Of a stretch of DNA of 64,000 nucleotides, positions 28,801-37,916 are shown piece by piece. This stretch comes from Oscillospiraceae bacterium. Its GTDB lineage: Bacteria; Bacillota; Clostridia; Oscillospirales; JAAYXM01. Made by a program: the position numbers and the translations under genes. The DNA lies in contig SVLF01000004.1 in assembly GCA_015068085.1 (NCBI GenBank), positions 12,821-76,820 on the forward strand. Direction: 5' to 3'. Below the pieces are notes generated by a model. It ran no database searches. It was not told the DNA's origin and saw nothing but the letters and a program-made list of their open reading frames with translations. The first letter of the stretch is position 1. The number at the start of each line of letters is the position of its first letter.

Positions 28801-28920
28801 GGTCAGTTCACAGCGCAGTCAGACGATGGTGAAACTGTAGCTCGCGGATATCTCGTATATGAGGATAAGCTCGGAAACAAAAAGGTTATTTACGCAGAAT
28901 TGCCCTCAGCAGAAGAATAA
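25843..28920 (+). CDS. Secreted ~1025-aa protein with two tandem copies of a ~330-aa module (CBM-like beta-sandwich plus Ig-like domain) and a unique C-terminal region
   Basis: Start at ATG 25843 (MKRFLSILLAIAMCIAMLPTAFAGEA signal peptide) preceded by AAAGGAG. Module 1 is 25927-26922 (RETITLNLH...), module 2 is 26923-~27915 (RETITLDLH...). The modules are homologous to three modules in the next gene. Confidence 0.85.
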   Translation: MKRFLSILLAIAMCIAMLPTAFAGEADTRETITLNLHRDNLREDNGDGTVSQLVHNDTEANSLNLPKNSSAKIADLIVQDKKYEWVTDKSVTHDINTIGNYSTGGYGRRMQYYTQMTADWVVWPEYTEAKERMFTVKTNIGSDAAGYYNVKITGMADKTGGEFAVYVNGKYVGDFNNFSSSSNTADVSWTLDNAIKLTEGPAEISLRARKYYRSDKAVTDWNNASLYLGLIQLIPTSEPTISEVESTIPETIEKDSTAELSAKVKMADNTYRSFGYTDAGVVPTTDDVVTVTSSDPAVIGVTEVVNVQVNDPKNRDQILDPTTVTYKLTALKGGKSDITVTAFVDGQTKTLTKTVTVPTPRETITLDLHQNNLSEKDVGAFIHQNDLKDGETVNSTAYIKDLVVADDAYEWVADKSVADDVVSIANNVYNSLRGRRMQYKTSSKYGNQWDMTWEAWPFFQKPQNVMFTIKTKIPEGAAGYYNVKITGAAYNCGGEYAVYVNREYAGDINSYASTSSYEAKEWSLNNAVNLPAGEVEISLRAVKFYRARTFGSQDNNASIYLGFIELIPTDAPSISAVESTIPTGLSEGDMRDLSVKVKMSDGIYRSFGYTDEGELPEADETVKVTSSDPTVVEVKDVVVVERNIANDLTQELDPTTVTYKLAAKKAGTAKITVTAYVDGKTEIKEETITVTGLGADAVADAGTVTLGILTNYSDAESGITTNYNVNGSNQVSVGTAVTAEAEDVGDYKFMYWKVGGTTTKGGTFITADSKLENYVVNTNTSLIAVYEDTTDVSKTVEFWTANERFIEKLAAKADGTPNFPTAYAPVTGFGTTGKWLVAVGKYLESTEILPDGTTRAVEERNDTGNAITGSITVNGEAVSEALTYDNKIERTVEGAKYWTRDGKVVFYGETYTYHMWDATAIESHTDDIVAVPTVVLDDPANGAYMIEYCVPEGYKKLEAGILFAKGGSPNIGTFSSKAASQSDSCHGQFTAQSDDGETVARGYLVYEDKLGNKKVIYAELPSAEE
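27151..27549 (+). repeat. 399-nt gap-free DNA repeat shared with 29281-29679
   Basis: Hand alignment at constant offset 2130: 49 mismatches in 399 nt (~88%). Includes a 62-nt identical run, 27250-27311 = 29380-29441. Confidence 0.85.
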
Positions 28921-28927
28921 AGCATCA

Positions 28928-28960
28928 AAGTATGGCAGGGGCAAATACCCTGCCATACTT
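28928..28960 (+). terminator. 13-bp hairpin between the two surface-protein genes (partial terminator or processing site)
   Basis: aagtatggcaggg / ccctgccatactt with a 7-nt loop. Only a short T stretch follows, so probably leaky. Confidence 0.4.
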
Positions 28961-28980
28961 TATAACAGAAAGGACTAAAA

Positions 28981-31900
28981 ATGAAGAAAACAAAAAGACT
29001 GATTTCGCTTTTTCTCGCTTTAGTGATGATTATGTCGCTTCTGCCGACGATTTCACTTGCAAGCGGAGATTCGCGCAAGACAATAACACTTGACTTGCAT
29101 ATGCAAAATCTCGGCGAAAAAGGAACAGATGGAAGTGCGACCCCGCTTGTTCATGGAAATTCTCCGTATATTAAAGACCTCGCTGTAACGGACGGAACAT
29201 ATGAATGGATTGCGGATAAGAGTGTCGCAGATGACAAAGTTTATACTGCAAGTAATTCTTATGGTAGCTATGGACGACGCATGCAGTATAAGACGGCTTC
29301 CAAATATGGAACACAGTGGGACAAGACATGGGAGGCATGGCCGTTCTTCCAAAATCCGCAGAATGTAATGTTCACAGTGAAAACAAAAATTCCCGAAGGT
29401 GCGGCAGGTTATTATAATGTAAAGATAACCGGTGCGGCATACAGCGCCGGCGGGGAATTTGCAGTATATGTAAACGGAGAATATGCAGGAGACATTAACA
29501 GCTACGCATCCACTTCCAGCTACGAAGCAAAGGAATGGTCTCTCAACAATGCGATAGAGCTTCCGGAAGGCGATGTTGAAATTTCCCTCCGTGCAGTAAA
29601 GTTTTATCGTGCAAGGACTTTTGGCAGCCAGGACAACAATGCAAGCATTTACCTCGGACTGATTCAGCTTATCCCGACAAGTGAGCCGACAATCTCTGCA
29701 GTTGAAAGTGCTTTGCCGGAAACTATACAGATAACGGAAAGCTTGAATTTTGCAGCACAGATCAAGATGAGCGACGGAGCCTACCGTGCGTTCGGTTACA
29801 CTGATAAAGGTGAGCTTCCGACAACAGATAATATTGTAAAGATTGAGTCATCAAATCCGGAGATTATTGAAGTTACGGATGTTGTTTGCGTGGAAAGAAA
29901 CGAAGCAAGCAATCGCGAACAGATTCTTGATCCGACAACGACAACATTTGTGCTGAACGGCAAAACGGTCGGCAGTGCAGATGTAACGGTAACAGCCGTT
30001 GTTAACGGCGAAACAAAAGAGCTTAAGAAAACGATTCAAGTTGTCAAGCCGCGCGTGCTTGAAACAGTTGAGGTCTCGTTTGAGAAGTCTCCTGTTCCGG
30101 CAACGCGAAGCACAAAGGCAATGCTGCAGCTTATCGGCGACGACGGAGAGGAATATACAAACGAGCATTCGGTTGTATACAAAAGCTCCGATACAGAGAT
30201 TGCCGAGATTGATGCACAGGGCAACATAACAACACACAAAAAAGGAACAACGGATATTACCGCAGAGGTAACGACTGATAAAGGAACAGTGTCGGGAAGC
30301 GCGACACTTACAGTCGGTGATGCACCTGTTCTCGATTCGTTTGCGCTCAAAGCCGCAAAGAAGGTTATTATCGGCGACACAACACATATTTCCGTAATAT
30401 CGGCAATGATGAACGATGAGCTTGAGGGAGATGCTTCAGACTATACCTTCACGTTCAAAGGCTCAGATGATGCTATTGCAACGGTTACGGAAGACGGCGC
30501 GGTTACCGGTGTTTCAAAGGGTAAGGTAAAGATTACGGCAACTGCTCTTAATGAAAACGGCAAAGAGATTACAGCTGAGGCTGAGATTGAGGTTATAGCA
30601 GAGCGTGAGACGATAACCTTTGACCTTCACGTTGCAAATCTCGGTAAAAGAAATCCCGATGGAAGCGCAACTCCGCTTGTTCACGGAAACTCACCGCTTA
30701 TTTCAGACCTCGTTGTGCTTGATGAGGGGTATGAGTGGGTTGCAGATAAGAGCGTTACGCAAGCGATAGCAACGGGTAACAACTCAAGCGGCAAGGGACG
30801 CCGTATGCAGTATGTAACAAGGCTCGTTGATTCATGGGAGGTATGGCCTGATTGTGAAAACGGTCAGGAGCAGATGTTCACCGTAAAACGCGAAATAAGC
30901 GCAGGTGAGGCAGGATATTACAGCGTACAGATAGACGGTTCTATCAGCAATGTCGGCGGTGTTTTCTCGGTGTATGCAGACGGTCAGTATGCCGGTGATT
31001 TCAACAGCTATGCTGATGTAAGCTCGGCTCAGGCAAAAAGCCAGACACTGAATACCGTATATATATCCGAAGGAGAAGCGGAGATTTCCTTCCGCGCACG
31101 CAAGCTATACCGTAGCAACAGACTGGAAACACAGAGCAACAACGCAAGCTTCTATCTCGGTGATATAAAGCTTGTTCCTATGGAAAAGCCCGCTATCAGC
31201 TCGCTTGAAAGTATTATCCCCGAAAAACTTCCGAACGGTGAGATAGTTGAGCTTTCGGCAGAAGTCAGAATGGATGACGGCACATACCGTCACTTTGGTT
31301 ATACCGACAGCGGTGAGGTTCCGACGGAGGATAACTTAATAACCGTTACATCGTCAGACCCGGAAGCAGTTGAGGTTGTTGCGGTTGAGGTTGCAGAAAA
31401 AAGCGACCCGAAAAACCGCGAACAGGTGGTTGATTCTGCATCTGTTGTATATAAGCTTCGCGCGAAGAAGCTTGATGCAACAGCTGATATCACAGTGAAG
31501 GCTATTGTTGACGGAGAAACGAAAGAGCTTAAAACTACGGTAAAAACAGTTGTTCCTCCTGTGCTCGAAACGGTAGAGATATCGTTTGGCAAAAGCCCTG
31601 TTCCGGCAACGAGAAGTACGACAACCGCACTTTCTTTTATCCGCGACGACGGTTCGGAGTATAAAGGAGAATATTTTGTTGAGTATGCAAGCTCCGATAA
31701 ATCTGTTGCCGAGATTGATGAGAACGGAAATATAATAACTCATAAAAAGGGAACAACGGAGATTTCCGCAACCGTTACAACAGTTGCAACCGAGGCAGTT
31801 GCCTCTGTTACGGTAACAGGCAAAAAGACCCTTGTTGTTTCGGATGTTCCGGCGCTTGGTTCACTTACATTGAGCTCAAAGAAAAAGCAGCTTCTCATAG

Positions 31901-34900
31901 GAGAGGTCACCACCGCCTACGCGGTCGGCGCAACTATGGATGACGGCATTGAAGGTGTTCTTTCCGATTACGAGGAAGGCATTACCTATTCAAGTGCAGA
32001 CGAAAACATAATCAAGGTCACGCCTGACGGCTCAGTTACAGCTGTTGCAAAGGGCAAGGCTGATGTTATTGCAACGGTCAAAAACGAAAACGGAAAGGAC
32101 GTGAACGGTCGTGTCACCATTGAAGTTCACGAAGTGATTCCTTCTTTTACCGTTGATTTCACACAGACTGTTCATAATCCGGATTATAAAGCATATCCGC
32201 ATTCAACTCCCGGATATACAATAATTCAGGAGCTGTCAAATTCAAGCACATACAGAAAATACCTGTACAACGATACAATGAGAGAGCTTCTTCATGTTAA
32301 CGCAGGAAGCCCGACAAAGCTGTGGCCTGCGGATACAAGCAAAACGACTGCATTTGCAATTTCCGTAGATGTTCCGTTTGAGAGCGATTACAGCATCTCT
32401 CTTGTCGGCGGAAAGTCGTATATAGGTGCAGTGTATTCGGTGTTTGTTGATGGTGAGTATATCGGTGACCACAGCTTCTGGAGCGGCTCGTATGAGGCGG
32501 ACACACGCTATACGGGAGCGCCTAATGTGCTCAACACAGTTCACCTTACAGAGGCGGCACATATGATAGAGTTCAAAGCAAGAGCGACATATTATGAGTC
32601 AACCTGGCTCACTCTTGACAGCCTTATATTCACGCCTCTGTCCGAAAAAGCTGAGCTTTCATATATAGAGGCAGAGATACCCACTGCGCTTGCAGTAGGC
32701 GAAACTTTTGACAGTGAGGTAACAGCTTATATGTCCGACGGCACGGTGCGCCGATTCGGACCTGATAAAACAGGCGTGATTGATACTGTAACAAGCCTTG
32801 TTCCAAGCTCATCCTCCGAGGCTGTTGAGGTTTCGGGATATTCGCAGTACATCCTCGCAGGCAACGGAACTCATCCGTTTACCCTTAAAGGTATAAGCGA
32901 AGGTATAAGCAATGTCGGATTTACGGCAACGGTAAATGGTAAGAGCGTGGAAAAGATTGTCGCCGTAAACGTAATGGAAGACCCGATCGTTTCAACAACT
33001 GCAAAAACTGAGGCACCGGAGCTTTTTGCAAACGACAAGACCCGTCTTATCGCCCAGCCGAAGCTTAAAAGCGGCAGAGTGACAACAACCTCTGCGATAA
33101 CGACGGTGTACGAATCGGAAACTCCCAAGATTGCAACCGTTGAAGGGAATATGCTTTCAACTCACGCAGAGGGAACGGCAAGAATTAAGGTAACATCTAC
33201 CTTTAATGACGATACGGTTATAGGATATATGGATGTAACCGTTTTGCCTGAAGGTATGACCGACATAACTGTATCTGCCGGTGGAAGCAAGTATATCAGA
33301 ACAACAGGAATTGAAGGTGACACAGTTCCGCTTTATGCGCAGTCAATCAGCAATCTCGGTCGCGAGCTTGATATGGAGGGTGCAATCATAACAGCAAAAG
33401 CACTTACTCCGGAAATTGCGGATATTGATTCAAAACTCAATATCATCCCGGTATACGCTGACCCGGAAAATACGAGCGAAGCACGCTTTGAGGTAACCGT
33501 CGAAATGCCCGACGGTCGAATCAGAACAAAAGAAGTTTCGCTCACGGCGATTTATCCGAAGAGTAAGGCAACATATTATACCGCGGAAACAGTTAAAAAC
33601 GCACGTGATAATTATAAAAAGTATGACTGGGCAAAGGATGAGGTACAGAGCAGTCATTTAGACTATGCAGACCAGTGGATAGACAAGCTTGACTTCCTTT
33701 ATGATATGATTCCGTCGGAAGGGATTCCGCGCTCAATATATGTCGGCACCCCCTCTGACCCTGATGTTCCGCTTTGCCGCTACTGCGGAAAGGATATTCG
33801 CGCAGGCTACGGCACCTATCCGTGGAAGTATAATATTGTAGCTCGTCCGTGGAAAATTCAGTGTCCCGACTGTAAGCGTCTTTTCCCGTCAAACGATTTC
33901 GGAAGCTTCTATGAGCTCGGTCTTAACGAATACCGCGAGTTTGACCGTTCTCGTGCACTTGCACGTCACCACAGCATGCTGCATCACGGAGATGCAAATG
34001 CTGTCTGTGAATGTGTTGTCCCTGAGAAGGAAGGCTCTGCGGAATGGAATGAATACTATGGCTATGGAAATCCTGAGGGATACTTATACAATGAGCTGTA
34101 TGATGAGGTCGCAGGCGTAAAAACATTAAACGGCGGTAAAGGACTTCGCAAAGGAGAGAGTGTTGCAACCTGGGGCGTTGACGACGGTTATGGATATATC
34201 CCGAGAGATGAGAACGGAGAGCCCTACACAGACCCGACAGGAGTGCCTGAACGCCACACATATATTGCATATTATACTCATTGGCCTGTGTTCCGCTATA
34301 CAACGCGATATGTAATCCGCAATTTCTCGAATGCGTATCTCTATACAGGTGATGTTAAATACGGAAGAGCGGCAGCTATTCTCCTTGACAGAATTGCAGA
34401 TTTCTATCCGGACTATAACTTCAAGTGGGGATCCGATATGCTCGGCAGAAAGGTCGAAGGTAAAACGGTTGACTATATCTGGGAAACAGAGCATGTTTGG
34501 ACCTATGCGGAGGCGTATGATATAGTCTTTGATTTGTATGAAGACCCGTATGTGTTGGATTATATAAAGGAAAAATCAAAGACCATAAAGATGAAATACG
34601 CAAAGGACACTCCTTCGCAGCTCAGAACTCACATTGAGGACGGACTTCTCCGCAATGCGTTTGAATCCGAAATGCTCGGGCGCCTTAACGGAAACTTCGG
34701 ATACGACCAGAAAGCCATTGCAACAGCGGCGGTAGTTCTCGATACAATGCCGGAAACAAAGAAGTGGATTGAGTATAACTTCCTGCCCGGCTGGAGACTG
34801 TATAACCCGACAGGTGGAGGAATCTATGAGATAATTATGAAACGAGTAGACTCCGACGGTATGGCGGATGAAGCTTCCGGCGGATATAATCCGGATTGGC

Positions 34901-37857
34901 TTAAAAACCTTATAGGTGTCCAAACGGTTCTTGAAAAGTATGACCGTTATAAAGCTGCAAGCATATATAATATTCCAAAGTACACTCAGATGTTCTATGC
35001 GCTTCTGCCCGTTATATGCACAGATTACAGTGCACATATTGGTGATACTTATGATTGCTGTGAGGAAACGCATTGGATAACGCAGGTACAGGCGCTTGAA
35101 GGCTTCCAACACTTTAAGGATCCTGTTTTTGCACAGGTTCTGTATATGCTCAACGGAAATTCATCGGAAGGACTGCACTATGCGGCAACCGAAAAAGATC
35201 CCGAGCGGCTTGAAGATGAGGTTCAGGCTGTTATTGATGAATACGGTGTGCTGAATCTTGATTCTGACATGATGCCAAACTTCGGTTATTCAATACTTCG
35301 CGACGGTGGTGATTATACAAACAGTACGTCAACAACGCAGGATGATACGCGCAGAAATGCGTGGATGTATTTTGGAAGCAACAACGGCCATGGTCACCGC
35401 GATACATTGAACCTCGGTATGTCTGCATTCGGCCTCAATATCATGCCCGACCTCGGCTATCCTGCGCAGACGGGAACTCCGCCGGTACGTATGCAGTGGA
35501 TAGAGGCAACGCTTTCTCACAATACTGTTTCAGTAGATGAGAAGTGGCAGGACCTTAATGAAAAGACACGCGGTAAGGCAAAGCACTTTGACGATGCCGG
35601 TATGGTACAGCTTATGGATGTTTCCACCCCGTATGTATACAGCAATGTCGATGAATACCGCAGAAGTGTTGTTATGATAAAAGTGGATGATACGAATTCG
35701 TATTACGTTGACTTCTTCCGCGTGCTCGGTGGAAAGATTCACGAATACAGCATTCACGCATCAAGCGATGAAATCGCAGGAACTGAAGGGCTTTCACTTG
35801 TGCCGCAGATGGAAGACGGAAAATACAAAGGTACATATGCCGGAATAAATGTCCCGTTTGGTGCTGACCCGAATTCGCCTGACGCATGGGAATATGATAC
35901 TGTATATCCCCGAGGATATACCTGGCTTGAGAATGTTGACCGTGCCGAAGAGCCTGAAAGCAAGTTTGAGGTTGATTTTGCAATAAAGGACTTTAAGAAG
36001 GCTATAGCAAACAGCAAAGGGCTTCATCTCAGAATGACGGTGCTCAATGGCGGAAACATTAAAAACGGTGTGGACACGTCCGTTGCAATCGCAGACGGAT
36101 ATCCGCCGCAGAAGGCAAGTAATAAAAGCATACCAAAGCTCAAATATGTTCTCTTAAAGCATACGGGCAAGAACCTTGATACAACGTTTACCACCGTGTT
36201 TGAACCGTATCGTGACAATAAGTTCATAAAGAGCGCAGACGAGCTTGATGCAGAAATCTACAGCGGATATGAAAAGGCCGGTGATGCACACCGCGCGCTT
36301 CGTATTGAGCATACCTCCGGCAGAGTGGATTATGTCTTCTATTCAACGAACCGTGATGTTACCTACAAGATAAGCGTTGACGGACGCGAGATATTCTTCC
36401 GCGGATTTGTCGGTGTTTATACGATTCAGAATGGTGAAAACACATACAAGTACGTAAACGACGGTGACATCATCGGCGAAGCTGATGAGATAACAGTTGA
36501 ACGGAGTGTTATATCCGGAACTGTTGAAGGCTTCACAAAGGATTATGTGTTTGACAATGAGATTATCATAAAGCCTGAACCGGCAGTTTCGGAAGAAGCA
36601 GTCAAGGCTCTTTCGGGAAGATTCGTCCATATTGATAACGGAACAGAACGAAGCGGCACGTTTAAAATTGAAGGGGCGGCTCTCGCAGAGGACGGAAGCG
36701 GAAATATTGTTCTTGATGTCGGCGGAGTTACACCGATAAGAAACTATATTGACGCTAACAATATGGACAAAGGTTTTACGTATATGATAACCGAAGGTCA
36801 GTCTGCACGTATTCCGCTTTCCTACAGTGAAAATTTTGCTCCGGAATTTGCACCGGTAAGCAGTAATCTCACAACAAGTGCAGGAAGCTCAATAAGCGTC
36901 ACAGTCCATGCAACAAGTCCAAAGAATCTGGGAATTACTTATGAAGCAGAAATGCTTCCGAGAGGGGCAAGCCTGGATTCCGTAACCGGAGAAATTTCGT
37001 GGAAGCCGGATGCTTCACAGGTTGGTAAAAACAACTTCGCCGTCACAGCACGCGATGCTTATGGACGTGAAAGCACTGTCTGGTTTGTTGTTGAGGTTTA
37101 CGGCTCGACAACCGGAGGTTCATCATCGAATAAAACGGAAACGCCTGAGACAGGAACGACCGATACGCCCGCTGGCGGCGGAGGTGGAGGAGGCGGTGGC
37201 GGCGGTGCCGCACCGACCGACAAGCCTGAAACAGGTGATGATAAGACCGACGTTCCGCCTGATGAGAAGTTGGGCGATACAGAGAATACTGTACCCGACG
37301 CGTCGGGTGAAACGGAGAAGCTCCGTTTCACAGACATCGGCTCCCATGCCTGGGCAGCAGATGCAATAAACGAGCTTGCGACAGATGGAATAATAAAGGG
37401 CACGTCTGCAAGTACGTTTAGCCCCGCTTCAAACATCACCCGTGCAGACTTTGCATTGCTTCTTGTCCGTGCATTTAAGCTTGAAAGTGCGAATGCAGAG
37501 AACTTCGCGGATGTTTCGGCAGGTGATTACTTCGCAACTGAGCTTGCAATAGCACGCAACAACGGAATCACATCCGGCATCGGTGATAACAAGTTTGCAC
37601 CGCGCAACTCCATTACGCGTCAGGATATGATGGTGATAGTCTACCGCGCACTTACCAAACTTGGTGTAGAGCTTGAAAGTGCAGATGTTTCTTATGCAGA
37701 CTTTACAAATGTAGCAGACTATGCAAAGAGTGCAGTCAAAGCACTCATCACAAGCGGTCTTGTAAACGGAAAGAGTGGCAAAATTGCCCCGACCGACTAT
37801 ACAACAAGAGCAGAAGTCGCAGTCCTCATCAAGCGTATACTGGATTATATGAAGTGA
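28981..37857 (+). CDS. Giant (2958-aa) SLH-anchored multidomain surface protein with a heparinase II/III-like lyase core
   Basis: Signal peptide MKKTKRLISLFLALVMIMSLLPTISLASG. CBM-like/Ig modules start at 29074, 30604 and (divergent) ~32140, each followed by Big_2-like repeats (..AEIDAQGNITTHKKGTTDITA..). Cys4 ribbon at 33775-33873. Heparinase II/III signature HGHRDTLNLGMSAFGLNIMPDLGYP...SHNTVSVD at 35389-35538. Ig-like PRGASLDSVTGEISWKP. G11 at 37174-37206. Three SLH repeats from ~37321. The C-terminal ~1070 aa are collinear with the partial ORF at 1-3220. Confidence 0.9.
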   Translation: MKKTKRLISLFLALVMIMSLLPTISLASGDSRKTITLDLHMQNLGEKGTDGSATPLVHGNSPYIKDLAVTDGTYEWIADKSVADDKVYTASNSYGSYGRRMQYKTASKYGTQWDKTWEAWPFFQNPQNVMFTVKTKIPEGAAGYYNVKITGAAYSAGGEFAVYVNGEYAGDINSYASTSSYEAKEWSLNNAIELPEGDVEISLRAVKFYRARTFGSQDNNASIYLGLIQLIPTSEPTISAVESALPETIQITESLNFAAQIKMSDGAYRAFGYTDKGELPTTDNIVKIESSNPEIIEVTDVVCVERNEASNREQILDPTTTTFVLNGKTVGSADVTVTAVVNGETKELKKTIQVVKPRVLETVEVSFEKSPVPATRSTKAMLQLIGDDGEEYTNEHSVVYKSSDTEIAEIDAQGNITTHKKGTTDITAEVTTDKGTVSGSATLTVGDAPVLDSFALKAAKKVIIGDTTHISVISAMMNDELEGDASDYTFTFKGSDDAIATVTEDGAVTGVSKGKVKITATALNENGKEITAEAEIEVIAERETITFDLHVANLGKRNPDGSATPLVHGNSPLISDLVVLDEGYEWVADKSVTQAIATGNNSSGKGRRMQYVTRLVDSWEVWPDCENGQEQMFTVKREISAGEAGYYSVQIDGSISNVGGVFSVYADGQYAGDFNSYADVSSAQAKSQTLNTVYISEGEAEISFRARKLYRSNRLETQSNNASFYLGDIKLVPMEKPAISSLESIIPEKLPNGEIVELSAEVRMDDGTYRHFGYTDSGEVPTEDNLITVTSSDPEAVEVVAVEVAEKSDPKNREQVVDSASVVYKLRAKKLDATADITVKAIVDGETKELKTTVKTVVPPVLETVEISFGKSPVPATRSTTTALSFIRDDGSEYKGEYFVEYASSDKSVAEIDENGNIITHKKGTTEISATVTTVATEAVASVTVTGKKTLVVSDVPALGSLTLSSKKKQLLIGEVTTAYAVGATMDDGIEGVLSDYEEGITYSSADENIIKVTPDGSVTAVAKGKADVIATVKNENGKDVNGRVTIEVHEVIPSFTVDFTQTVHNPDYKAYPHSTPGYTIIQELSNSSTYRKYLYNDTMRELLHVNAGSPTKLWPADTSKTTAFAISVDVPFESDYSISLVGGKSYIGAVYSVFVDGEYIGDHSFWSGSYEADTRYTGAPNVLNTVHLTEAAHMIEFKARATYYESTWLTLDSLIFTPLSEKAELSYIEAEIPTALAVGETFDSEVTAYMSDGTVRRFGPDKTGVIDTVTSLVPSSSSEAVEVSGYSQYILAGNGTHPFTLKGISEGISNVGFTATVNGKSVEKIVAVNVMEDPIVSTTAKTEAPELFANDKTRLIAQPKLKSGRVTTTSAITTVYESETPKIATVEGNMLSTHAEGTARIKVTSTFNDDTVIGYMDVTVLPEGMTDITVSAGGSKYIRTTGIEGDTVPLYAQSISNLGRELDMEGAIITAKALTPEIADIDSKLNIIPVYADPENTSEARFEVTVEMPDGRIRTKEVSLTAIYPKSKATYYTAETVKNARDNYKKYDWAKDEVQSSHLDYADQWIDKLDFLYDMIPSEGIPRSIYVGTPSDPDVPLCRYCGKDIRAGYGTYPWKYNIVARPWKIQCPDCKRLFPSNDFGSFYELGLNEYREFDRSRALARHHSMLHHGDANAVCECVVPEKEGSAEWNEYYGYGNPEGYLYNELYDEVAGVKTLNGGKGLRKGESVATWGVDDGYGYIPRDENGEPYTDPTGVPERHTYIAYYTHWPVFRYTTRYVIRNFSNAYLYTGDVKYGRAAAILLDRIADFYPDYNFKWGSDMLGRKVEGKTVDYIWETEHVWTYAEAYDIVFDLYEDPYVLDYIKEKSKTIKMKYAKDTPSQLRTHIEDGLLRNAFESEMLGRLNGNFGYDQKAIATAAVVLDTMPETKKWIEYNFLPGWRLYNPTGGGIYEIIMKRVDSDGMADEASGGYNPDWLKNLIGVQTVLEKYDRYKAASIYNIPKYTQMFYALLPVICTDYSAHIGDTYDCCEETHWITQVQALEGFQHFKDPVFAQVLYMLNGNSSEGLHYAATEKDPERLEDEVQAVIDEYGVLNLDSDMMPNFGYSILRDGGDYTNSTSTTQDDTRRNAWMYFGSNNGHGHRDTLNLGMSAFGLNIMPDLGYPAQTGTPPVRMQWIEATLSHNTVSVDEKWQDLNEKTRGKAKHFDDAGMVQLMDVSTPYVYSNVDEYRRSVVMIKVDDTNSYYVDFFRVLGGKIHEYSIHASSDEIAGTEGLSLVPQMEDGKYKGTYAGINVPFGADPNSPDAWEYDTVYPRGYTWLENVDRAEEPESKFEVDFAIKDFKKAIANSKGLHLRMTVLNGGNIKNGVDTSVAIADGYPPQKASNKSIPKLKYVLLKHTGKNLDTTFTTVFEPYRDNKFIKSADELDAEIYSGYEKAGDAHRALRIEHTSGRVDYVFYSTNRDVTYKISVDGREIFFRGFVGVYTIQNGENTYKYVNDGDIIGEADEITVERSVISGTVEGFTKDYVFDNEIIIKPEPAVSEEAVKALSGRFVHIDNGTERSGTFKIEGAALAEDGSGNIVLDVGGVTPIRNYIDANNMDKGFTYMITEGQSARIPLSYSENFAPEFAPVSSNLTTSAGSSISVTVHATSPKNLGITYEAEMLPRGASLDSVTGEISWKPDASQVGKNNFAVTARDAYGRESTVWFVVEVYGSTTGGSSSNKTETPETGTTDTPAGGGGGGGGGGGAAPTDKPETGDDKTDVPPDEKLGDTENTVPDASGETEKLRFTDIGSHAWAADAINELATDGIIKGTSASTFSPASNITRADFALLLVRAFKLESANAENFADVSAGDYFATELAIARNNGITSGIGDNKFAPRNSITRQDMMVIVYRALTKLGVELESADVSYADFTNVADYAKSAVKALITSGLVNGKSGKIAPTDYTTRAEVAVLIKRILDYMK
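29281..29679 (+). repeat. Partner of the 27151-27549 repeat. Switches to module-1-like sequence at its 3' end
   Basis: See 27151-27549. In addition, 29660-29696 is identical (37/37) to 26531-26567 of module 1 of the upstream gene. Confidence 0.85.
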
Positions 37858-37868
37858 TTTAATTAATT

Positions 37869-37897
37869 CCACAGGGTGATAATTCATCACCCTGTGG
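37869..37897 (+). terminator. 12-bp hairpin 12 nt after the giant gene stop (terminator/attenuator, no clear U-run)
   Basis: ccacagggtgat-aattc-atcaccctgtgg. Confidence 0.4.
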
Positions 37898-37916
37898 AGA
37901 GGTCGAAAGGAAAAAT

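Noticed and set aside
27151-29679. DGR (diversity-generating retroelement) template/variable-repeat pair
   Set aside because: The mismatches between the two 399-nt repeats involve all bases rather than adenine-specific substitutions, and no reverse transcriptase is present in the window.
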